From assembly GCA_965215605.1 (NCBI GenBank), contig OZ244070.1, positions 2,208,001-2,272,000 of the forward strand: DNA of 64,000 nt, read 5' to 3'. The notes below the pieces were generated by a model. The model had not been told where the DNA came from and did no database searches. It saw only the letters and a program-made list of their open reading frames with translations. Below are positions 10,875 through 20,351 of this stretch, piece after piece. Position 1 is the stretch's first letter; the number at the start of each line of letters is the position of its first letter. Source of the DNA: an uncultured Candidatus Binatia bacterium. GTDB taxonomy: Bacteria; Desulfobacterota; Binatia; UBA9968; JAJDTQ01. The position numbers and the translations under genes are program-made.

Positions 10875-12557
10875 TGCGTATCCCCTCCCTAAGTCGGTGG
10901 AATACACCTTAGCAACCTGTCCGATTTTCCAGGACCACCTCAAAGAACCGGCAGCGGTTGATCGGGTCGGACATCGCGCGGGCCTTTTTCGGTCAGATAC
11001 TGGGCCAAGCCCGCGAAGGACGCCTGTTGTCGGATGAACACTTCAGCGTGGACGGGACGTTGCTGGAGGCGTGGGCGTCGATGAAGTCGTTCCGGCCGAA
11101 AGACGGAGGCGGACGGCGTGGTGGCGGTGGACGCAATGCCGAGGCGGACTTCCACGGCGAGAAGCGCAGCAATGCGACCCACCAGTCGAGCACCGATCCG
11201 CAGGCACGGCTGTACCGCAAGGGCCAGGGGCAGGAAGCGAAGCTGTGCTACCTGGGCCATGCGTTGATGGATAACCGCCATGGACTGATCGTCGATACCC
11301 GTACCACCGAAGCCGCCGGCCGGGCTGAGCGCGAGGCGGGCTTGGCGATGATTGCGGCGCGTCCCGGCATCGATCGGCTCACCCTCGGGGCGGACAAGGG
11401 ATACGATACAAAAGACTTTGTGGAGGGACTGCGCTGTGCCAACGTCAGTCCGCATGTGGCCCAGAACGACACCCACCGGCGTTCCGCCATTGACCGGCGC
11501 ACCACCCGTCACCGTGGTTACGCGGTGAGCCAGCGCATCCGCAAACGGATCGAGGAAGGCTTCGGCTGGGCCAAGACCATCGGAGGCATGCGCAAACTCA
11601 AGCACCGGGGCCTGGCCAAGGTGGACTTCCAGTTCACCCTCACCTTCGCCGTCTACAACCTGGTGCGACTCCGCACCCTGGGAGTCGGAGGTTGAGCATG
11701 CGTCCATGGCCACCGTGCGTCTGCGCCGGCTTCGTTCCCTTGAAATGGCCGGCGAAGCAAGTTCTGCTCCATGCCCTGAAGCCAGCTTTTCCATCGATTC
11801 TCTCACAAACGCTCAAATCTAGGCGTTTTTCCACGGCCTGCTAAGGAAGCGCTGGTGAGGGAGGATCCTCGGTCTGCCGAAATCATCAAACCGGTGTTGC
11901 GCGGCCGGGATATCCGCAGATACCGAGCAAAGTGGGCGGGACTGTGGTTGATCGCGACCTTTCCTGCTCTTGGAATCAACATTGACAACTATCCTGCGGT
12001 GAAGCGGCACTTGCTGTCTTTCGGCAAAGCGCGATTGGAACAATTCGGTAAGATCCTGCCGGACGGCACGACATCCAGAAAGAAAACTGTATACTCGTGG
12101 TACGAATTACAGGATACTTGCGCTTACCACGCAGCGTTTCGGCACGAGAAACTGCTTTGGATGGACATGTCCAATGAGGGTCGCTTCGCCTACTCCAACA
12201 CCGAAATCTACTGCAACGACAAGGGCTTCATCATGACAGGAACGGCTCTCAAGTTTCTTTGTGGGATTCTGAATAGCGCTCTTATCACCTGGGTCATGAG
12301 AAAGAACGCACTGACTACCGGATTAGGGCTTATACAGTGGAAGAAGTTCGCAGTGGAGCGGCTTTCTATCCCGCACATAACGGTCAGAGAGCAGCGCACT
12401 TTCATTGATTTCGTAGAACGTTTGCGAACAGATGACAGGTTCGCGACGAGTTTCGACCCACACGGTGTGGAAGTTGAGCTCAATCAACGCGTGTACTCAC
12501 TGTACAGCTTGACCCCTTCAGAGATCGCCGCAGTAGAGAGACACTGACCTGCTTCCT

Positions 12558-12584
12558 CACTTGCCCGATTCCGGGACCACCTCA
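12558..12584. repeat. Isolated degenerate IS3-type terminal IR
   Basis: CACTTGCCCGATTCCGGGACCACCTCA resembles AACCTGTCCGATTTTCCAGGACCACCTCA at 10914-10942. Confidence 0.55.
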
Positions 12585-12611
12585 ATGGAGAAGCAGCGTC
12601 CTTGGCCGTCG

Positions 12612-13391
12612 TCAATGATTTGTCGGACGATTGGGCTTTGCTGAAACGGCTCCCTTCAGAACAGCTTCAGATTCCTTGAAGGTGAGGCCGTAGAGCTTGC
12701 ATACGAGTCGGTCTATTTCCCTTTCCTTGTCGGTGGTGTTGACCGGCGGGTCTGAGGCCTTGAATTTTAGGACCCGATCGACCAAATCGACAAACGGTCG
12801 GCGGTGTGAGTTTGGTGCTTTTGGGATGGGTATGGCTTCTACGGAAGCACTGATCCATCGTGTTACACCCATGCCAGAGTTCAGGGCCGTTTTACCCATA
12901 AACCAGGTTATCAGCCTCGAGTTCAGCAACGCGCAGAGATATTTGATAGACGAACCAGACATCAGGAAGCCTGTGTTTAGGCAAAACGTACCATCCTTAT
13001 CGTAGGCAAATCGGCCTTCTTCTGTGAGGTCCATCCACAGCAGTTTCTCCTCCGAAAATACTTCGTGGTAAGCGCAATTACGAAGATTGTAAGGAGTTCT
13101 ACCCTTATCCTGCCGTTTTACCAATTGGGGATAGAAGCCATTCAGGTGGTCTTTGACTGAGGGATAGTCGTCAACATCGACAGGCGGAACATCACCGTAT
13201 CCGTTGTGCGCGTCAATCAACCACAGTCCCGCCCACTTTGCTCGGTATCTGCGGATATCCCGGCCGCGCAACACCGGTTTGATGATTTCGGCAGACCGAG
13301 GATCCTCCCTCACCAGCGCTTCCTTAGTGATGTTATCGATGATGAAGGCAGCATTGTAACCGGTCAGAATTCCTCGATAAATTGCGATATC
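12612..13391 (-). other. Silent alternative TRD cassette (open frame, C-terminal ~259 aa of the methyltransferase)
   Basis: DIAIYRGILTGYNAAFIIDNITKEALVREDPRSAEIIKPVLRGRDIRRYRAKWAGLWLI then diverges (HNG..KRQDKGRTPYNLRNCAY..EKLLW..LLNS); no MTase motifs upstream. Confidence 0.88.
13216..13349. repeat. 134-bp inverted repeat, right copy
   Basis: Reverse complement equals GCCTTCATCATCGATAACATCACTAAGGAAGCG...GGACTGTGGTTGAT. Confidence 0.92.
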
Positions 13392-13455
13392 GTTGGTCAA
13401 GTCTTCGCAGTCTACGAGGTGGATGACTCTCAAGTCCCAGAAACAGGAGTTTCCC

Positions 13456-14424
13456 ATGAGTCCGTCGGTGACGAATAGATCTGACATTCACAACACTGTC
13501 CTGTCCTCAGCAGTTGCCCCTAATACGCGACTGGCGTACAGCAAAAGTTGGGCGTGCTTCACCGCGTACTGCACAGACGAGCAGATCGGCGACCCCCTGT
13601 CCGCTTCTCCAGAAATCGTCGCCCGTTTTCTTCTGGACTGCGCTACACGGCCCCGTCTGGGGCGCGACGTACCGTTGTCCATGGGCACGGTCTTCGTCTA
13701 CAACAGTGCAATCACCAAACGGTTCACCGACGCTGATAAGGTCTCGCCCACCCACCACCCAACCGTCCGGGCAACTCTCAGAGGCTTGAGCCGCCTTACG
13801 GACGCCGCGCCGCGGCGGGTCAAGGCGTTGCGCGAGGAGCACGTGAGGGCCATGATCGCTCAGTGTCCCGACTCGGTTATCGGGATGCGGGACGCAGCCG
13901 TTCTCGCTCTAGGTTTCGCCGCTGCCCTGCGCCGGTCTGAACTCTGCGCGCTGCGCGTGGACGATGTGGCCATCCTCCAGCCGGGCCGTGCACACCCCCG
14001 GCGGATGTTGCTCACGATCCGCCGATCCAAGACCGACCAAACCGGCAAAGGCCATACGATCGCTGTCCCGGAAGGGAAGACGATCAGGCCCATCCACCGT
14101 GTGCGGGCATGGCTGGCGGCGTCCGGCATCACGCACGGGCCGTTGTTTCGGACGATGAAGCGGGGCGGCGCGGTGCAAGAGAGGCCACTGCACCATTCGG
14201 ACGTTCCGCGCTTGGTCAAGCGCTACGCTGCGTTGATCGGGCTAGATCCGAAAGAGGTGGCAGGTCATTCGTTGCGTGCTGGTTTTGTAACCAGCGCCGC
14301 GGCGCACCATGCGCGCCTCGACAAGATCATGGCTGTTACGCGCCACACCAACCCGGCCACGGTCATGAAGTACATCCGCGACGCCGACGCGTTCAGCGAC
14401 CATGCGGGCGATGCCTTTTTGTAG
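13456..14424 (+). CDS. Cre-like site-specific tyrosine recombinase
   Basis: AGGAG RBS; APNTRLAY SAM-like domain; catalytic LRRSEL, RRSKTDQ, GHSLRAGF, TRH, MKYIR. Confidence 0.93.
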   Translation: MSPSVTNRSDIHNTVLSSAVAPNTRLAYSKSWACFTAYCTDEQIGDPLSASPEIVARFLLDCATRPRLGRDVPLSMGTVFVYNSAITKRFTDADKVSPTHHPTVRATLRGLSRLTDAAPRRVKALREEHVRAMIAQCPDSVIGMRDAAVLALGFAAALRRSELCALRVDDVAILQPGRAHPRRMLLTIRRSKTDQTGKGHTIAVPEGKTIRPIHRVRAWLAASGITHGPLFRTMKRGGAVQERPLHHSDVPRLVKRYAALIGLDPKEVAGHSLRAGFVTSAAAHHARLDKIMAVTRHTNPATVMKYIRDADAFSDHAGDAFL

Positions 14425-14469
14425 AAACACCCATCTTCTAATGTGGCAGCCGTGCCGGTGGCCTTTCGG

Positions 14470-15045
14470 CTATTCGGTCTTGGACATCACGTCAGCGGCG
14501 GCTAGGTCCTCGCCGACGCGGTGGAACGGCCGGCCCGAATCGCTCAATGCAAGGACCACGACGATCTCGTCGGCGCGCGGGGCGTCGGCGACGGAGACCT
14601 GCATGGCGTCGAAATGGCTGAACTTCCAGACGTCGTCCTTGTGGTGCAGCGGGCAATCGATGACCGTCCCGGGGCCGCCGATCTTCTTGGTCGATGGCAT
14701 GACCGAGTTCGCCGGGCCGACGACCTCGCGCACCGGCCGGCCCAGCCGGGGGTGCATCACCGCCGCGGCATGCTCCTTCTCGCCGTTCTCGCCGACGATC
14801 GCCGCCTTGCCGTAGCTGTGGACGGCGGCCCCGTCGATCCCCAGCGCATCGATGGCGCGTTGAACCAGCACGCCGCCAAGCTCCGCCCCCGCCTTCTGCA
14901 ACTCTTCGAGGCCCTCGTCATAGACCCCGGCATAGGGGTTGGCGATCACCGCGATGGCCGCGGCTTGCCGCGTCGGAGGCTCCACCGGCCGGTCGATCTC
15001 GCGCCGGGTCTCCTCGACAATGGTGATAAGCTTGCGGATTTCCAT
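14470..15045 (-). CDS. Amino acid synthesis family (DUF1185/AA_synth) protein
   Basis: MEIRKL..VEE, NPYAG, SYGKAAIVGENGEKEHAAA, SHFD, DAPRADEI. Confidence 0.85.
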   Translation of the reverse strand: MEIRKLITIVEETRREIDRPVEPPTRQAAAIAVIANPYAGVYDEGLEELQKAGAELGGVLVQRAIDALGIDGAAVHSYGKAAIVGENGEKEHAAAVMHPRLGRPVREVVGPANSVMPSTKKIGGPGTVIDCPLHHKDDVWKFSHFDAMQVSVADAPRADEIVVVLALSDSGRPFHRVGEDLAAADVMSKTE

Positions 15046-15229
15046 ACGGCCTCCTCCCGGCCCTGTCGGGCCTGACTCGCTCAGGGCACTATGCCATCAT
15101 CGGGTTTTGTTGCAACACCTGCGCGGTGGCGTCGCAAGAGCTCGGTTTGACAACAAGCCCTCCTATGGTGTTTCTTGGGGAACCTCGAAAAATCGGGCAG
15201 ATACGGCGCTTACGAACAGGAGGACCTTT

Positions 15230-16207
15230 ATGAGAAAGTGGCTTGCCCTCGCTGTGTTGCTGACTCTGGTGGCCTTTGCGCAATCGGCCACCGTCGCGGC
15301 GGCGGACTTTCCGAAGAAGAACATTACCATCATCGTCGCGGGCTCTCCCGGCGGCGGTTTCGACCGGCTCGCCCGGGGCATCGGCAGGACCATGCGGAAG
15401 TACCTGCCCAAGGGCGTCCATCTGGTGGTCAAGAACATCACCGGCGGCGGCCTGGTCATCGGCACGGTGGCCATGTACAAGGCCAAGCCCGACGGCTACA
15501 CGCTGGGGCACCTGTTCACCGACGGCATGCTCGGCAAGCAGTTGATCAGCGGCGTCGCCAAGACCGGCTACGACGTCACCAAGTTCACCTACATCGCGCG
15601 GGTCGGAGCCGAGCCCTACAGCCTGATCGTGGGCAAGAACTCCAAGTTCCATACCCTTGAGGACCTCCGGAAGGCCAAGCGGGTGAAATGGGGCGTGGAA
15701 GGCATCGGCGTGTCGCGCTGGATTCCGACTTTCGTGGCGGCCAAGGAGCTGGGCATCCCGATGGACGTGGTGTCGGGGTACCGAGGCACCAGCGAGGGCA
15801 TCCCGGCCATGATCCGGAACGACTTCGACGTCTATCTGCAGCCCATCGACCACCCCACCACCGCCACCTACATCGCGTCGGGCGACGTGAGGCCGGTCCT
15901 CCACCTGCACGGCGAACGGCCGGTGAATGCCCCCGACACGCCCACGGCCAAGGAGAAGGGGGTCGATCTCCGCCTCTACGTGGGCCGCAGCATCGTGGCG
16001 CCTCCGGGTCTGCCCGATGACCGGAAGAAGATCCTGGAAGACCTGTTCATGAAGGCCATGACCGATCCGGAATACAAGGAGTTCCTGGCCAAGTCCAAGA
16101 GCCCCATCGTCCCCGGTGACTCCAAGGTGGCGCAGGCCGATCTGGACAACTACGTGAAGACCTACAGCAAGTACACCCAAGCCATGCGCGACGCATTGCC
16201 GAAATAG
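15230..16207 (+). CDS. Tripartite tricarboxylate transporter substrate-binding protein (TctC/Bug)
   Basis: Signal peptide; FPKKNITIIV..SPGGGFD..AR, AKPDGYTL, PDTPTAKEKG, APPGLP. Confidence 0.9.
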   Translation: MRKWLALAVLLTLVAFAQSATVAAADFPKKNITIIVAGSPGGGFDRLARGIGRTMRKYLPKGVHLVVKNITGGGLVIGTVAMYKAKPDGYTLGHLFTDGMLGKQLISGVAKTGYDVTKFTYIARVGAEPYSLIVGKNSKFHTLEDLRKAKRVKWGVEGIGVSRWIPTFVAAKELGIPMDVVSGYRGTSEGIPAMIRNDFDVYLQPIDHPTTATYIASGDVRPVLHLHGERPVNAPDTPTAKEKGVDLRLYVGRSIVAPPGLPDDRKKILEDLFMKAMTDPEYKEFLAKSKSPIVPGDSKVAQADLDNYVKTYSKYTQAMRDALPK

Positions 16208-16270
16208 TGCGCGACGGGTAGCGGGGACCGGTGACCCCCGGTCACCGCTGCCCGCGGAAAGCGAGATCGG

Positions 16271-17605
16271 ATGAATCAACCCGCCAAACCGGGCACCGGG
16301 CCGCGTCCGCCCATACCGCTGCCCTTTCACTACGCCTGGCTCGTCGTGGCCGTGACCTTCTTCGCCAGCTTCAACGGCGCCGGCATCCGTGTGGTTCCCA
16401 CCGTGCTGATCCTTCCGCTCGAAGCGGAATTTGGATGGGCTCGGTCCGCCATCACCTTCGGGATCTCCATCAACCTTCTGCTCTACGGCGCCGCCGCTCC
16501 TGTAGTGGGCTGGGTTCTGGACAAGTACGGGCCGCGCCGGGTGATGATGACCTCGCTGACCCTGCTCTTGGCGGGTCTGTTGGGCACCACTCTAGTATCC
16601 CAGTTGTGGCAGTTCTGGCTGACCTGGGGAGTCATGGTGGGGTTGGGGGCCGGCGGCATGTCCGGCGTGCTCTCCGCTTCGGTGGCGCATCGCTGGTTCA
16701 ACGCCCGGCGGGGACTCGCGGTGGGGATTCTCAGCAGCGGCAGCTCTTCGGGACAGATCGTCTTCGCCCCGTTCATGCTCCTGATCATCGGATACATAGG
16801 CTGGCGCATGGGTTCTTACGTGTTGGTTGCCTGCACGGTCGTGGCGGTGGCGATGGTCTGGCTGCTCATGCGCGACAAACCCGACGACGTCGGTCTGGAG
16901 CCCTACAACGAGGGGATCGGGGCAGAGACGGCGCCGGTGGTGGACAAAACGGCAGCCAAACAGGAGGAAGCGAAGCCCGCGGGACCGGTGATGGGCATCC
17001 GGGACGCCATCAAGACGCCCACCTTCTGGCTCCTGTGCGGGGTGTTCTCCATCTGTGGCGGCACCGCCAACGGGCTCATCGGAACCCACCTGATCCCTCA
17101 TGCCCTGGAGGAGGGATTCGAGGTGGCGACCGTCAGCTTTGCGTTCGCCCTGATGGGGACCATGAACATCATCGGGACGCTGTTCTCCGGCTGGTTGACC
17201 GACCGGGTCGATCCGCGAAAGCTGATTGCCGCGGTGTTCACCCTGCGGGGGTTGGCGCTCTTCTATCTGACGCTGGTGGACAACACCAGCGGACTCCTCA
17301 TCTTTACGGTCATCTACGGACTCGACTGGTTCGCCACGGTTCCGCCGGTGGTCACTCTCGCCGGCCAGACTTTCGGCAAGCAGTCCATCGGCCGGATCTA
17401 CGGTTGGATCTTCCTGTCGCACCAGATCGGCGGGTTCGCCATGGCCAACGCCGGCGGCCTCCTGTACGACTACGTGGGGAACTACGAGCTGGCGTTCTTC
17501 GCCGGCGGCTGGATGGGACTGATGGCCGCGGCGTTCGGGCTCAGCATCCGGCCCAGGAAGCCGATGCCGCCGCTGGCGCCGACGCCTGCCGGGGCGGCGG
17601 CCTAA
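16271..17605 (+). CDS. MFS transporter
   Basis: About 12 hydrophobic segments; GWVLDKYGPRRV motif A; RWFNARRGLAVG. Confidence 0.9.
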   Translation: MNQPAKPGTGPRPPIPLPFHYAWLVVAVTFFASFNGAGIRVVPTVLILPLEAEFGWARSAITFGISINLLLYGAAAPVVGWVLDKYGPRRVMMTSLTLLLAGLLGTTLVSQLWQFWLTWGVMVGLGAGGMSGVLSASVAHRWFNARRGLAVGILSSGSSSGQIVFAPFMLLIIGYIGWRMGSYVLVACTVVAVAMVWLLMRDKPDDVGLEPYNEGIGAETAPVVDKTAAKQEEAKPAGPVMGIRDAIKTPTFWLLCGVFSICGGTANGLIGTHLIPHALEEGFEVATVSFAFALMGTMNIIGTLFSGWLTDRVDPRKLIAAVFTLRGLALFYLTLVDNTSGLLIFTVIYGLDWFATVPPVVTLAGQTFGKQSIGRIYGWIFLSHQIGGFAMANAGGLLYDYVGNYELAFFAGGWMGLMAAAFGLSIRPRKPMPPLAPTPAGAAA

Positions 17606-17627
17606 GGGGTGCCGGCGCCGAGGGGTT

Positions 17628-18086
17628 TCACGACCCCTTGTTCGTCTTCCCGGCGGAGTCGAGATTGTAAACGGCCTGCCAGGGCACGGAGCAGTGGGCC
17701 CAGACCAGGGGCTCGAACTTCTCCCACCACTCTACGTCACGCCCCTCCATGCTCAGCACCCGCACCATGCGCACCATGTCCTGGATCTGGTATTTTTCCA
17801 GGGCGTGCCGGAAGGCGGGCATGATGCCCGTGCCTTCCTTGATGATCCGGCGGATTTCGAAGACGTCCCGGTTCTCCGCGGTGTGGCGGAAATCCGGGAC
17901 CTCGGCCGAGAGCGCCTTGGCAATGGGGCCGTCCCCCCGGCCCGAGGGACCATGGCAGCTCGCGCAGCGCTGGGCGTAGACGAGCTTCATCTCCTCCTCC
18001 CGGATGCAGCCGGAAAGGGCCGCCAGGGCCAGTAGCAGGAGCCCTGCCCGGAGGAAGGGTCTGGGGTAGCGGAACTTCGCCGACAT
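17628..18086 (-). CDS. Mono-heme c-type cytochrome lipoprotein
   Basis: Lipobox LSGC; CASCHG..GRGDGP; MPAF axial Met. Confidence 0.85.
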   Translation of the reverse strand: MSAKFRYPRPFLRAGLLLLALAALSGCIREEEMKLVYAQRCASCHGPSGRGDGPIAKALSAEVPDFRHTAENRDVFEIRRIIKEGTGIMPAFRHALEKYQIQDMVRMVRVLSMEGRDVEWWEKFEPLVWAHCSVPWQAVYNLDSAGKTNKGS

Positions 18087-18231
18087 CACCTTTTCTCCTA
18101 TCATCTTGAGTGCTTGAACAAAACAGATCATTGGGGCATCCGACCCGCCGGATGCACGGGACGATTGGCTTTCTCTCCCTGAACCCGATAGGCTTGGTCG
18201 CGTCTATCTCTCGTGAACGAGGGGTTTCGAG

Positions 18232-18834
18232 ATGGCCATCAGGATTACACGCGTGTATACGCGCACCGGCGACGACGGCACCACCGGCCTCGTGGGCGGC
18301 AAGCGGGTGCCCAAGGACTCCGAGAGGGTCGAGGCCTACGGCACCGTGGACGAGCTCAATGCAGTGGTGGGCTTGGTGCGGGCCTGGAACGAGCAGGGGA
18401 CGGGGGCGCGGGAGCTGCATCTCAAGCTCGACGCGACCCTCCAGCAGATCCAGCAGGAACTGTTCGATCTCGGCAGCGAGCTGGCGACACCCGGGGACTT
18501 CACCTACGACGGCATGCACCGGGTAGGGGAGGATGAGGTGACCCGCCTCGAGGGACTCATCAACGAGTGCCAGAAGGAGCTCGAGCCGCTCAAGTCCTTC
18601 ACCCTGCCCGGCGGCGGACCCATCAGCGCGCAGCTTCACCAGTGCCGGACGGTGTGCCGGCGGGCCGAGCGGGAGGTCCTCCGGTTGTCCCGGGTCGAAG
18701 AGGTGGGCGAATGGCCCCTCAAGTACGTCAACCGATTGAGCGACCTCTTCTACGTTCTGGGGCGATGGGTGGGCCGGAATCTGGGGGAGACGGAGTACCT
18801 CTGGCAAAGGGGTCTGACGAAGGGGCCGAAGTAG
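18232..18834 (+). CDS. PduO-type cob(I)alamin adenosyltransferase
   Basis: VYTRTGDDGTT, AYGTVDELN, RTVCRRAER, YVNRLSDLF. Confidence 0.95.
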   Translation: MAIRITRVYTRTGDDGTTGLVGGKRVPKDSERVEAYGTVDELNAVVGLVRAWNEQGTGARELHLKLDATLQQIQQELFDLGSELATPGDFTYDGMHRVGEDEVTRLEGLINECQKELEPLKSFTLPGGGPISAQLHQCRTVCRRAEREVLRLSRVEEVGEWPLKYVNRLSDLFYVLGRWVGRNLGETEYLWQRGLTKGPK

Positions 18835-18888
18835 GCGCGCGGCAAGCGCGCGGAAAGTCCGTCGCGGCGGCGGACGGCGGAGTCGGAT

Positions 18889-19662
18889 ATGGCGGGAATC
18901 CTTGCAGGCAGGAAGGCGTTGATCTTTGGCGTGGCCAATGAGCGGAGCATTGCCTGGGCGGTGGCGCGGGAGCTCCATGCCCAAGGGGCGGAGCTGGCCT
19001 TCACCTACGCCGGAGAAGTGCTGGAGAAGCGCGTCAGGCCCCTGGCCGAAGGCATCGGCTCCAGCCTCGTCCTGCCGTGCGACGTCACCCGGGACGACGA
19101 GATCGAGGCGGTCTTCGAGACCGTCGGCCGCGAGTGGGGCGGCCTCGACATCCTGGTGCACGCCATCGCCTACGCCAGGAAGGAAGACCTGTCCCAGCCC
19201 TACGTGCAGACCGGACGGGAGGGATTTCATACGGCCCTGGACATCAGCAGCTACTCGCTGGTGGCGCTGACGCGCCACGCCGCCGAGCTCATGAAGGGGC
19301 GCGGCGGCGCGGTGGTGACGCTGACCTACATGGGGTCGGAAAAGGTGATCCCCAACTACAACGTCATGGGCGTGGCCAAGGCGGCGCTGGAGGCCAGCGT
19401 CCGTTATCTGGCCCATGACCTCGGCCCGGCGGGGATCCGGGTCAACGCCATCTCGGCCGGTCCGGTGAAGACCTTGGCCGCCTCCGGCATCGCCGGGTTC
19501 CGGGACATGCTGCATCTCGTCAGCGAGCGGGCGCCGCTCAGGCGCAACGTCGACCCGGCCGAGATCGGCCGGACCGCCGTCTATCTCGTGAGCGACCTGG
19601 GGAGCGGCGTGACCGGGGAGACGCTCCACGTCGATGCCGGCTACAACGTGATGGGCATGTGA
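18889..19662 (+). CDS. fabI: Enoyl-ACP reductase
   Basis: GVANERSIAW, ISSYSL, PNYNVMGVAKAALEASVRYLA, AISAGPVKTLAASGI. Confidence 0.96.
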   Translation: MAGILAGRKALIFGVANERSIAWAVARELHAQGAELAFTYAGEVLEKRVRPLAEGIGSSLVLPCDVTRDDEIEAVFETVGREWGGLDILVHAIAYARKEDLSQPYVQTGREGFHTALDISSYSLVALTRHAAELMKGRGGAVVTLTYMGSEKVIPNYNVMGVAKAALEASVRYLAHDLGPAGIRVNAISAGPVKTLAASGIAGFRDMLHLVSERAPLRRNVDPAEIGRTAVYLVSDLGSGVTGETLHVDAGYNVMGM

Positions 19663-19689
19663 GCGCCGGCGGGGCGCGATGGCGCGCAA

Positions 19690-19708
19690 GGGCGGGTTCG
19701 AGACCCGC
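19690..19708. repeat. REP-like palindrome
   Basis: GGGCGGGTTCGAGACCCGC, similar to 39747-39771. Confidence 0.4.
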
Positions 19709-19744
19709 TCAGCCGGTCATGCGGAAGCGAACGGGGGACAGAGC

Positions 19745-20176
19745 GTGAAGGAGATTTCGCCGCAGGAAGCCTACGATACGTTACGGCAGGACGCCGAGGC
19801 CGTCTACGTCGATGTGCGCACGGTGGAGGAGTTTGCCGCCGGCCATCCGGAGGGGGCGGTCAATATTCCCATTGCGTTCCTCGATCCGGCCCAGGGCATG
19901 GTCTACAACCACGACTTCGTCGACGTGGTGGAGCGGCATTTCGCCAGGGACCGGAAGCTGCTGCTGGGATGCAAGGCGGGTCCGCGCTCGAACAACGCCG
20001 CCAATCTCCTGGAGCAGCAGGGCTACCAGGACGTGGCCAGCGTGCGCGGCGGCTTCGGCGGGATGGTGGACCCCTACGGGCAGGTGCTGGTGGAGGGCTG
20101 GGCGGGGCTGGGTCTTCCGGTGAGCCAGGACAACGGCGAAGGCACGAGCTACGAGTCGCTGGCCGGCGAGGAGTAG
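19745..20176 (+). CDS. Rhodanese-like domain protein
   Basis: YVDVRTVEEFAAGHPEGAVNIP; CKAGPRS active-site loop; start may be 19679. Confidence 0.88.
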   Translation: MKEISPQEAYDTLRQDAEAVYVDVRTVEEFAAGHPEGAVNIPIAFLDPAQGMVYNHDFVDVVERHFARDRKLLLGCKAGPRSNNAANLLEQQGYQDVASVRGGFGGMVDPYGQVLVEGWAGLGLPVSQDNGEGTSYESLAGEE

Positions 20177-20351
20177 TGACATGTTGACGGTCCGCCTCGA
20201 CTGCTTGACAGGGGTCCGGTTCTTGGGTCATAAAGGCACGTTTAAAACGGACCCTCTCCCAATACAAATCAAGACGTTACCGCCAATCGGCCGCTGCCGC
20301 GGCGAGGGCTTTCCCGTTCATTCGAGCGCCTGACGTTCAGAGATCGACCTT

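Larger units (their letters stand above)
9610..10942 (-). mobile_element. IS3-family insertion sequence
   Basis: TG...CA ends with IRs TGAGGTGGTCCTGG-N6/7-GGACAGGT; no target duplication. Confidence 0.92.
9522..11695 (+). pseudogene. IS5-family transposase in two pieces (9522-9609; 10943-11695) with an internal deletion
   Basis: MRGTDPRQEGMFSYVSPAARVPADHPLRA ... KNRQRLIGSDIARAFF...HFSVDGTLLEAWASMKSF...GADKGYD...RKRIEEGFGW; the GRPS../LLFRWF segment expected between the pieces is missing. Confidence 0.85.
9451..11840 (+). mobile_element. IS5-family (DUF772+DDE) element, interrupted by IS3
   Basis: IRs CAGGTTGTTGAAAAAC / CAGGCCGTGGAAAAAC (rc); CTAA target duplication (right copy 11841-11844, left copy split by IS630). 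Confidence 0.85.
8269..11952. repeat. 134-bp inverted repeat, left copy (8269-8293 + 11844-11952, split by ISs)
   Basis: Identical to the reverse complement of 13216-13349 once the ISs are removed. Confidence 0.92.
5404..12547 (+). pseudogene. Type IIG/Eco57I-like N6-adenine DNA methyltransferase with TaqI-like C-terminal TRD, split by nested ISs (pieces 5404-8293 and 11844-12547)
   Basis: TGSYYTP, DPAVGSGAF (motif I), GNPPY (motif IV); removing the insertions joins ...AFIIDNIT|KEALVREDP... in frame (3594 nt, 1197 aa). Confidence 0.9.

Noticed and set aside
13392-13487. ATG-initiated N-terminus of ORF 12612-13487
   Set aside because: Overlaps the recombinase RBS and start on the other strand and has no homology to the MTase; the cassette is better read as start-less
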